Sequence record: NC_091964.1
DNA length: 64,000 nucleotides
Strand: one strand, 5' to 3'
The notes beneath the pieces are model-generated. The model was given only the letters and a program-made list of their open reading frames with translations. It had not been told where the DNA came from and did no database searches. This document shows positions 20,395 to 29,300 of the stretch, one piece after another (the first letter of the stretch is position 1; every line of letters begins with the position of its first letter). The position numbers were made by a program, and so were the translations under genes.

Positions 20395-21165
20395 ATGCGG
20401 GAAATCCCATTACGATTTAGACGCTTGACTCAACCTGAACCCGCTGGGGAGCCGGAGAAGGATTACGAGCAAGTTAACTTATTATCACTACTGTTTCGAC
20501 AAACGAGAGCGGACCTCTTCATTTCGTCGAGATTGTGGTCTAGTCTGATGTCTACTTACCTGAAAGATCCACGCAGTCAGGTGAAGCAAACATCTAAAGC
20601 CCGTTCATCTGAACAATCAAACGTAAAGCGAGGTTTAGCCCATCCTGGCATGACCGTGAAGAACTTCACCAAAGGTCTTCGTGTCATCCGTCCGTTACAA
20701 ATCAAATTCAAGCTGCTTTTAGAATTACGCGATGGCGTTACAATAAAGGCAACTGTCAATTACGACCAAGACAAACTGTTCTCGGTCTTCAATAACAAAG
20801 AAGCACCCGATAACCATAATTTCCTCAGGGAGCTTTGGGACAACGTATACACGGTTCTCGGTTTTACCGAGGCATCATGGAAGACTGCCGTCACCAAATA
20901 CCTTGACAACCCAATCAACGGTTATGACGGTCGCCGTAATATTAAGTCCTCTGAACGTTCCAACCTTCGTCGTGGCCTGGCTTGCCCTAACATGACGATT
21001 GAGAACTTCACTAAAGCTATTCGGGTTCTCGACCCAAGTAAGATTACTCTTGAGATGCACCTTCAGTTAGATAGCGGCGCGTGGTCCAAACATGTCGCAA
21101 TCATGGAAGGTAGTTCGTTCGCTAACTCTATCTTCGATGAGGAGGACAGTAATGGAAATGCCTGA
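20395..21165 (+). CDS. Tandem-duplicated-domain protein (HTH-like)
   Basis: Two copies of SSExSNxxRGLAxPxMTxxNFTKxxRVxxP. Confidence 0.65.
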   Translation: MREIPLRFRRLTQPEPAGEPEKDYEQVNLLSLLFRQTRADLFISSRLWSSLMSTYLKDPRSQVKQTSKARSSEQSNVKRGLAHPGMTVKNFTKGLRVIRPLQIKFKLLLELRDGVTIKATVNYDQDKLFSVFNNKEAPDNHNFLRELWDNVYTVLGFTEASWKTAVTKYLDNPINGYDGRRNIKSSERSNLRRGLACPNMTIENFTKAIRVLDPSKITLEMHLQLDSGAWSKHVAIMEGSSFANSIFDEEDSNGNA

Positions 21166-22246
21166 TATGGCAGCAGTGAAAGCAAGCGCATCTTCCGCGA
21201 TGTCGTCTGCTAAAGCACTGGGTCAATCTGCCACAGCGAAAGCTAACTCCGGTGTATCGATTCTGTCTACCTCTGTTAAAGACGGTATTCAGGCTGTCGA
21301 CGGATTCGGTAAAAAGGTATCGGATGTTCTGACTGAAACCAAGTCTACGCTCTCGGCTAAGATTGCAGAGGCAAAGTCCTGGTTGACTGAAACTAGCATA
21401 GGGGATTTAGGTTCCCTCAAAGACATGTTAGCGAAAGCAGCAGAACTGAAGAAAGATGCCCAGGCCCTACAGAACCAGATCACCACCGCAATTACTGACG
21501 GTATCGGTACTGTACGTGGCCTAACGGATTCTGTACTCGGTCCAGCAGAAGAAGCGTTGTGGAAGCTCCAGCAAATTCCTTTCGATAAGATCACCGATGG
21601 GAAGTATTGGCTAAATCTCGCGATAGGTTCATCTGTGAGTGAGGTCAATTCGCTGGGTAACCTGACTAAACGTCTTCTGGGCGACGTAGACGGTATCATC
21701 GACGGCTATAAGGATAAGTATGCTGAGCTGTCACTTGCAATCGGTATATCTGATCATGCAGTGACTCTCGGTGATTCTTCTGTAGTAGGTGCAGTAATTG
21801 ATAAGTACGGTTCTGAAGCAGCTTTACGCGAATCGATTATCAACCGTTTCCCTGATGCAATTATGCAGGGTAACACTGCAATGCTTAAGACGATCATCGA
21901 GAAGTTCGGTCCGGCGTATGTGTTGGTGAAGTATCCAACTGCCGTGCAACTTATCCTGACCGGCTACCGCATGCCCGTAGGATCAACCGTGAACGATTTC
22001 CCCGCTCTCGGTGAGACATTGTTAGAAGTCCTTACCATGTTGGATCCTCAATGGGCGAATCTTAAGACAGTACCGAACGCACAGCATAACCTGAAGGTGT
22101 TCACAAACTCCTCAGTGTCCGCTCAGCGCGTTTTAGCAGGTGTTCCCGGCTTAGGGTATGTCTTGAAGATTGCGTTGAACTACCCGAACTCTGACGTCCT
22201 CTCTGTTGCTCGAAACCATTATCCCATGGCAGGGTTTAATAGTTGA
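21152..22246 (+). CDS. Virion structural protein (start revised)
   Basis: SD gaggagga before ATG 21152; Ala/Ser/Lys-rich amphipathic N-terminal half. Confidence 0.55.
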   Translation: MEMPDMAAVKASASSAMSSAKALGQSATAKANSGVSILSTSVKDGIQAVDGFGKKVSDVLTETKSTLSAKIAEAKSWLTETSIGDLGSLKDMLAKAAELKKDAQALQNQITTAITDGIGTVRGLTDSVLGPAEEALWKLQQIPFDKITDGKYWLNLAIGSSVSEVNSLGNLTKRLLGDVDGIIDGYKDKYAELSLAIGISDHAVTLGDSSVVGAVIDKYGSEAALRESIINRFPDAIMQGNTAMLKTIIEKFGPAYVLVKYPTAVQLILTGYRMPVGSTVNDFPALGETLLEVLTMLDPQWANLKTVPNAQHNLKVFTNSSVSAQRVLAGVPGLGYVLKIALNYPNSDVLSVARNHYPMAGFNS

Positions 22247-22252
22247 CAGCAC

Positions 22253-22298
22253 AAACCCCTCTTCTCCTTTCGGAGAAGAGGGTGTTATTTTTTTTTTT
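22253..22298. terminator. Terminator between convergent genes
   Basis: CCCTCTTCTCC stem with TTCG-containing loop, GGAGAAGAGGG, long T-tract. Confidence 0.85.
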
Positions 22299-22303
22299 GC
22301 TTC

Positions 22304-23080
22304 TTACCAGTTTTCCAGAGAAGACTGGCGACGGTCGAGGAGTTTACCGTAGCGATGTTCGAAAGCGTCGATCGATGCTTCTACTGATACGCGGTAGGCT
22401 GATTCCATACCGATGCCTTTCAGTGCCTGTTCATCTTTCAGCGTCTGCATAAGAGTAGACGTTGCCGGAATACGAACCAGCTCCAGAACATCAGCAGACT
22501 CGCAACTCGGGGAGTTGAACTTGTTAGCCGGACTTAACCCTGGTTCGTTTACCACGTCCCACGTGATGATGTTGTCGAAGAACTTACGACGTACACCACC
22601 GACAATACGGTCATTGGTTAAGGAACGTACAGAGAACGCAAGGTTCTCGTGAGGGTTGTTCAGCGCACGTTCAACGACGCCTGCATGAGGACCTGACGGA
22701 GCAACTTCGCCAAGGATAGCGATAATCTTTTTACCGTCCGGACCAACGTAGGCACGATCAATCCAAACACGACGGATATGGATTGCAACGTTACGCTCAT
22801 CGATAGTGTGGATACGACGAACGAAGTCATTGTAGTCACGACACTCACGCTCTACCGGATGTCCTAACTCACCGCGCAGATAAGAGTCTTTCATACGGCG
22901 GTTAAAAGTCTGGGACTTTTCGATAATGCGAATTGCTGATTCTAAATCGTAAACGGACCCGGTGGAGTTTGGATATTCGAGCGCACCGAGAACAACCTGA
23001 CAATAGTTGTTATCAAGGCGCTTAACATTTCCTTGCCCAGAGTAGCCGCGCTGTACGGTAATCTCAAAGTTATTTTTCAT
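22304..23080 (-). CDS. Prohead protease (phiKZ gp175-like, T4 gp21 clan)
   Basis: LRGELGHP (catalytic His), AFSVRS (catalytic Ser), TWDVVNEPG; C-terminal S/G-x-E candidate autocleavage sites. Confidence 0.88.
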   Translation of the reverse strand: MKNNFEITVQRGYSGQGNVKRLDNNYCQVVLGALEYPNSTGSVYDLESAIRIIEKSQTFNRRMKDSYLRGELGHPVERECRDYNDFVRRIHTIDERNVAIHIRRVWIDRAYVGPDGKKIIAILGEVAPSGPHAGVVERALNNPHENLAFSVRSLTNDRIVGGVRRKFFDNIITWDVVNEPGLSPANKFNSPSCESADVLELVRIPATSTLMQTLKDEQALKGIGMESAYRVSVEASIDAFEHRYGKLLDRRQSSLENW

Positions 23081-23087
23081 GGTATCC

Positions 23088-23804
23088 TCATTCCCATGCT
23101 AAGAAGGCAGGCGGTGTATAAGACAACAGGTCTGCTTTTACTTTCTTCGCCGTTAGATATTGACCAAGCGGGATGGTTTTACTAGACCGCACGCGAGTAG
23201 TTACACCTTTACGGTAATAGGCGTCCAAATCGGAAACCACAACGGAGTGACAGCCCTTACCTAGAAGGACGTTCTCAGTAAAAGGTACAAGACCTTTAAC
23301 ATCTTCCGTTATCTGGATGTATATCTCTACTTCAGCAAAGACATCACCTCTGGCCGTACGATAGAACATCTGCCCAATCACCTTACCGGGATACTTCTGC
23401 CCTTTCTGCTTGTAGTCAATCAACCACCGCTCATCACACCATTTGGCTATAGGTGCCAGCTTTTCCGTGATCTTTATATTCAGGTCAGCAGGAATAGCAT
23501 AGATGTAATAACCACCACGCCATTCACCGCCACCTGCACACCCAGCTTCACCTTCCAAAAAATCCCGCACAGTAACAGCATAGCCGCGTATACAGTCGAG
23601 AACAGTGGGGGCCGTACAGACCCGCGCCACTGTGTTATCTTCCCCTGGCATTGCACGCTGAACTACACGCGGAACGAACTCCGCAATCTCATCCGTCGGT
23701 GAGATGTGGTATAGCATTTCAGGCTCATGCACGATAATGGTGTTCTCGAGAACCTTCGGAGAATAACGCATAAGCGTGCGCATGGCTAATACATCATCAT
23801 CCAT
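23088..23804 (-). CDS. Putative ADP-ribosyltransferase-fold protein
   Basis: LYHIS...FVPR...ED...RVCTAPT..DCI.GY...YYIY...DERWL; His / strand-2 / Glu spacing of an ART fold. Confidence 0.45.
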   Translation of the reverse strand: MDDDVLAMRTLMRYSPKVLENTIIVHEPEMLYHISPTDEIAEFVPRVVQRAMPGEDNTVARVCTAPTVLDCIRGYAVTVRDFLEGEAGCAGGGEWRGGYYIYAIPADLNIKITEKLAPIAKWCDERWLIDYKQKGQKYPGKVIGQMFYRTARGDVFAEVEIYIQITEDVKGLVPFTENVLLGKGCHSVVVSDLDAYYRKGVTTRVRSSKTIPLGQYLTAKKVKADLLSYTPPAFLAWE

Positions 23805-23805
23805 A

Positions 23806-24531
23806 TCACACCCTCAGCAGTTTCTCTACAGGTTGCTCTTCTTCAGTCGGGTTAACGATCGCAGAATCAAGACCTTCAGCAATGTTGGACCCACCAATTT
23901 TCGACACGGTATCTGTTGCACCGTATTCAACGTTACGCATTGGGATGTAAGTGAAGTCCAGACCAGCAACATCACTCGGCTTCTCAACAGAATGACGAAT
24001 AGGGATATTACGATCCTTATTGTCACGAGCCTGTTGTGCAATTACCATCTCGAACACAGACGGTGTTGCGTACAGACTTGTACCCGTGTATTCACGAGCA
24101 TTACTGAAGAAGCTACCCATTTGCTCGTAAGTGTAATACCACACGGTACGAGCACGAGCGATAACATCCTCAAACAGCGGATAAAGCGTTAACTGGTCTA
24201 CCAATAAATCAGTGGACTTAGCTACGCGTGCGCCTTTCGGATAGTGCAACTCGTAATACATCTTCCCGTCGATTTCGACGTTGTGAATGTCATCCGGCAT
24301 GGTGCGAATCATGGAAGGGACTTTCCACGTGCAGTAGTTGCCGTCCGGAGTAATCATGGCAAAGTAGCCAATAAAGGAAATCTCTTTCCCTAACGAGATC
24401 AGCTGCTTTGCACGGAAAGACTCGGGTACGTGAATAACGCACCCGGTCTTGGTGACTAATGCTCCGTCGGGTAATTCTGCCAAGGTTGACAACACGGCTT
24501 CCACATTACGTTTAAGCTTTGTGACATCCAT
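23806..24531 (-). CDS. Virion RNA polymerase beta' subunit, C-terminal part (phiKZ gp176-like)
   Basis: EMVIAQQAR...PMRNVEYGATDTVSKIGGS..AEGLDSAIVNP.E...VEKLLR matches the beta' C-terminal region. Confidence 0.75.
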   Translation of the reverse strand: MDVTKLKRNVEAVLSTLAELPDGALVTKTGCVIHVPESFRAKQLISLGKEISFIGYFAMITPDGNYCTWKVPSMIRTMPDDIHNVEIDGKMYYELHYPKGARVAKSTDLLVDQLTLYPLFEDVIARARTVWYYTYEQMGSFFSNAREYTGTSLYATPSVFEMVIAQQARDNKDRNIPIRHSVEKPSDVAGLDFTYIPMRNVEYGATDTVSKIGGSNIAEGLDSAIVNPTEEEQPVEKLLRV

Positions 24532-24543
24532 GGCCTAACCCCC

Positions 24544-26031
24544 TTAGACTTCGTCGTTACTGATGTGGAAGTTCGCAACCATCCAACGTGCCAGGTACAG
24601 GACCTCAGCGTAGTAGGCGGCGTAACGCGGTTCGATTTCTTCTTCGAGAACGATCTCTTCCATCGTTTCGAGAATCATCAGCGCATCAGTGAACGGGAAG
24701 ACCAGCTGACAGATCACGCGGGTTAACAGATCGTGAATACGGATCTCTTCGCTCGAATCCCACTTAGCGAAATAAACCTTCAGCACGTCAGTGACTTTAG
24801 CGATGTTTGCAATCGCGGCAGTACGATCGAAGTCCGCAGGGAACTTATCTTCCGGCATCTCTTCCAGAGTCGCATTCAGAACAATGCGCAGAGCATCATT
24901 AATGCGGTCGATCATCGTGAGGCTGGTCTGAGTCTGACGATGTTTGTCCATCGCCTGATACACGGCCAGACACTCTTTCTGAATCGGCAGAAGATCCGCG
25001 AGCTTAAAGAGTTTCTTGGTTGGGTGGATTGCACCGCCAATTACTTGCTCAGCTACCAGGCCTTTTTCCAGCGCCTGACGGAAGGTCGTCTTCATGACCA
25101 GAATACGGCCCATACGGTCATCGAAGAAGATGCCGCGCGCAGTCGGCTTACGCAGATACAGAACGCCAGACTCAACGTCTTTGATGTACTGGTCTGCCAG
25201 ACGACGGATAGAACCACCGAGGTTGTTCATGGTCTGTTTCAGGTAAGTACGGTACTCATCCAGAGACAAGCCAGTGCCGTCGATCGGGTTATCCAGATAA
25301 CCGTCAACGATGAAGTAAGCCAGCGCCAGCAGTTCGATTTCATCCAGGCTATAAGTGCCCAGAGTATAACCGTCCGGAGTACGTACAATCAGGCGACGTA
25401 CCAGGTCAGTTACGGCAGTTTCGTTCTGAGGGCGAATATCGCGGAAGATAGCGTTGTAGATATCCACAACTGCTTGCTGCCCCAGGTTACCGATGATGTC
25501 ACCAATAGCCCCATCGATCTCAGGAATGTTCGTCGCGATTTCCTGCATGATGGTCGGTGCATCTTTCTCAGTACCGCCCTTAGACACTTTGTAGTAATTC
25601 GCAGGTGGAACGTTTTTGAATACGTTACCCGCTACTTCAGAGGTCAGGAAAGGTGAAATCTCAAACTCAGAGATGTGATACTCGGAAGGAGTTGAAGACT
25701 TCATGCGGTCCAGCAGACGGTTGGTCGCTGTAGAGATGAACGGTCGCACCGTGTTACGCACGTAGTCGAACTGGTTAGTAATACCGACCAGCAGGACTTC
25801 TACGGCGTTGTTCGTCGCGGACTCGTGTTGAGACAGACCTTCAGATTCAATAACGATATCGGCAGTGCGCTCAATTTCGCCAGCGGCATCTTCCATGGAG
25901 ATACCTTTGCGGTTGACCAACGGCATGGAATAGCGAATAGCATCAGTAAAGATGTTGTGGTTCGCTTCGAGACTTACGTTGGTCTGCTTGACGATTGCCT
26001 GAGCAAGGCGGATGGAGTGTTTACTGAGCAT
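24544..26031 (-). CDS. Virion head protein (phiKZ gp177-like)
   Basis: 495 aa, helical, located between vRNAP subunits; candidate S-x-E sites (SLE, SME) near the N-terminus. Confidence 0.55.
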   Translation of the reverse strand: MLSKHSIRLAQAIVKQTNVSLEANHNIFTDAIRYSMPLVNRKGISMEDAAGEIERTADIVIESEGLSQHESATNNAVEVLLVGITNQFDYVRNTVRPFISTATNRLLDRMKSSTPSEYHISEFEISPFLTSEVAGNVFKNVPPANYYKVSKGGTEKDAPTIMQEIATNIPEIDGAIGDIIGNLGQQAVVDIYNAIFRDIRPQNETAVTDLVRRLIVRTPDGYTLGTYSLDEIELLALAYFIVDGYLDNPIDGTGLSLDEYRTYLKQTMNNLGGSIRRLADQYIKDVESGVLYLRKPTARGIFFDDRMGRILVMKTTFRQALEKGLVAEQVIGGAIHPTKKLFKLADLLPIQKECLAVYQAMDKHRQTQTSLTMIDRINDALRIVLNATLEEMPEDKFPADFDRTAAIANIAKVTDVLKVYFAKWDSSEEIRIHDLLTRVICQLVFPFTDALMILETMEEIVLEEEIEPRYAAYYAEVLYLARWMVANFHISNDEV

Positions 26032-26254
26032 CGATTACTCCTTCAACTGCTTTCTTTTCGTTAATGGCACGCACTAACGCCGCAGCCACGTCTTCAGATA
26101 CACGCTGACCGAGGTCGACGTTCATACCCTCGACAAAGTCGCCAGGGTTGCACGGAGGAATCTGAATTGACTCAGACTTCTGTCGAAGAATAACACGCTT
26201 GCTAATCTCGACCAGGTTTGCCATAGTGGCTACCTGTTTAGTTTGTTTTTCCAT
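26021..26254 (-). CDS. Small hypothetical protein (start revised to ATG 26254)
   Basis: SD aaggtg; stop overlaps the next gene's start region. Confidence 0.55.
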   Translation of the reverse strand: MEKQTKQVATMANLVEISKRVILRQKSESIQIPPCNPGDFVEGMNVDLGQRVSEDVAAALVRAINEKKAVEGVIDAQ

Positions 26255-26283
26255 TTTTAAGGTCACCTTAATAGTTGAAACTA

Positions 26284-26301
26284 GGGGGAGGGCCCTCCCC
26301 C
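26284..26301 (-). terminator. Hairpin after the vRNAP betaN gene
   Basis: GGGGGAG-GGCC-CTCCCCC; weak T-tract. Confidence 0.45.
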
Positions 26302-26307
26302 GTCAAA

Positions 26308-29300
26308 CTACGAATCGTACGCCTGTACCATTGAGAACCCGATGAATTCCTGGCAGATGATAGACATTCCCGCCATGATCGAGCTATGTACAATACGCGC
26401 CTCTTCCGCACGATAAGAGAACTCCAGATCGATCTTACGAACGCCACTACCCGGCCAAAGTTCTGACGCTGTATAGGTCGGTCCACGCTGCTCGCCTGCG
26501 GATACAGATTTCAGCTGGTTAGACAATACCAACTTGTCGCCACCTGACATAATACGTTCTTCGGTAATGAATATCCGAATTGCCATCATATCAATGTCGA
26601 CAGAAATCCCATCCACTCGGGCAGGGGTCGTTATTTCCCCTGTGGTTGCATCGCCATTATTAAGTTCTCTTGCCAACTGACCACGAACGCGATCGTACTT
26701 GTCAGCTACTTTACGGACGGACGGAGACATGTCGTCTTTGTCGCCGAAGTAGATAACCTGAATCTCTTCGACCTTACCTGAGTTATTAGCTCGAGGAGTA
26801 GGACGGGATAACAGGTTTAGTGCATCGAGGTTATCGGAACCAACCCCTGCTGACACTTTGTCTTCGATTACCGCAAGAACAGTATCGATATCAACTTCTT
26901 CACCGACAGACACGAGGTTGTGAATGGCGTTGTCGAAGCGGACAAAGAGTGTACGAATATGGGTTACGTTTGCACGCATCTTGTAAGCCAGTTCCGGTGA
27001 CATCAAGGAACTATCTTCCCATGTTTCGTTCTTCTCGATCAGCACGGTATAAGGGTAGCACCCTTGTTTCAATGCTGACGAGGTTGGGTCACGGCGGTCT
27101 GGCGTGTAGAAGCCTTCGTTGTGGCAGATAACCGCACCCTTCTTAAAGCTGTCGCCAGCTTTCATCCGAGGAACGATGTTGTGCGGTACAACGTGACCGG
27201 TCACTACGCCGAAGCGACGACCAATCTGGAAGGCTTTCTGTTTACCGTTCTTGTACTGGACCGTGATAACACGATCAGTAACGGAAACAACCTTACCGTC
27301 ATCTTTAGCAGTTACCGAGAATAGATCATCGGTACGATGTGCAACTACCTGGTCATAGCCTGTACGTACGGCCATTTCCTGAGATTCAGCAATTGCAACA
27401 ACGTGGTCCTGCTGGATGTTGATAAAGTTTACACGCTTACCATCATCGTACTCTGCAAAGGGAGACATGAGCATCGACGTAGATACCAACTGAGTAGGCG
27501 ATACCTTCTCAGGGTCAACGGTCTGCACTGTACCACGCAGGGAAGTGATGTTTGGATCAGGCGGCATGAACATGTTGATACCAACGTCACCGGAGTCAAC
27601 ACCTGCCTCTGAGCGTACGCCTAAATCGGTTTTGTGGAAGGCACGAGTACGTCGAGTCATCGCCACCTTAGAACGACCACCTGTTCCCGAATACGTCATG
27701 TTCTCTTTTTCTTTCAGGTTATGGATTACGTTAGAATCCTCAACCAAGCTAACAGACGGATCTTTCTGGATCGAAGTAAGAACTTCAAACGGGTTCAGGT
27801 CCACCGACGTTTTAACAGACACTGGCTTATTACGATAGTTACGCACGGAGTCAACGATGGCTTTATAGACAGCACCGGACATACGCTCGTAACCTTTCAC
27901 TAACATCAGTGAAGTATCGAGGTCAGACTTGTAGTTGTCATCCACCAACATATCCGCAGCTCGAATGAACAAGTCGCGCATGTTAGTAGGTTCTTTCATC
28001 ATCGTCAAGTTTTCGATTGCGATAGGATCTAAGAACATATCTTCGATCAGACCGATCTCGTTCAAGTGACGATTGCCTAACCCGTTAGCCATAAACATCG
28101 GGGTGTAATACGCTTTGTCATTCAGCTCTGCAACCTGGATGGTACGAAGCTGTTTCTTCCACTGGTTTAGTGAAGCGAAGATTAATGAAGCGTAAGACTG
28201 GTCTTTCGGTAATACCCAGACCTCATCAGCAAACACGATTTCGAACTCGTTAGGAGCAGTATCCTTCTTCGCACCTTTAATACGGCGACGCGGATAGACA
28301 CCATTAGGAACGGTATTGTCATGCTCGAAACTAATATAACCGTATTGCTCCGAATAATACTCGGAATAGCTCTCGGTAGAAACCGGAGAACCATAGAGGC
28401 GGTTAGCGAGTTTGTTCAACCCGAACATATAGGCAAGGACGATGCCCAACGGAATCTCATGGCCCATCACACGCAGGACAACAATCTCAGCAGGGGCTGT
28501 ATTATCATCCAGGTCGATCAGGCTAGGGATTGTACCGATGTCCTGACCTTTGACCTTCAGTCTGCCATTACGGTCCATATAGACAATCTCATTGCCTTTA
28601 CGTCCAACCGGCCAGTCCTGATTCTTCGTTTTCGGTAGCGCTACGCCAGGGAAGTTCTTCTCCATTCCTTCATAATCGAAATGGAAGTGAATATCCCCAA
28701 TCTGCATTTCCAGATAACTCTGGGCGATGGCAGAGTAGATGCGTGGCACTGGTTGCTGTTCACCATAAGAGTTACCGTAAACAACACCCTTTACTCGTGA
28801 ACCATCTAAGATTTCAGAGGTCAGAGCAGAGAGGATCCAGTTGTCGAAACTTGCCACTTTCTTCTGCGAACGCTCAACGAACAACTTACCGTAGTAAGAA
28901 GTCAACGCGACAGTGTGAGTATTGATCTTACGGATCGGCATATCCGCACGGAGCTTACGCATGTAATAGCGTACACCGTTGATCATGTACTTACCGTTCT
29001 CATCGATTTTCGGTAACTGGAAGGAGAGAGTAGACTCTTTCCCATGAACCGGTGTTACCTTAACGCGGTAGTCAATAGTTTTCGACAATGCGTCGCTGAA
29101 CTCTTCCCGCTCGAAGCCAGTCACTGCGATACCTGCTTTTTGAATCGCCAGTACCATATTTGCAGTATCCTTCGGCATCACCTTCTCAACGTATTCAGTA
29201 TCGAAGTTAATGAGTGAGGACTGAAGCATCCCTTTGTCGACAACGTTAGGGATATCCGGGATCTGAGCAGGTTTAAAGTTCCAGATGTCCTGGATAGGCG

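Noticed and set aside
4757-24531. Apparent rearrangement of core gene blocks relative to phiKZ
   Set aside because: I cannot verify reference gene order and strands from memory; block shuffling is common in this family and needs a synteny plot.
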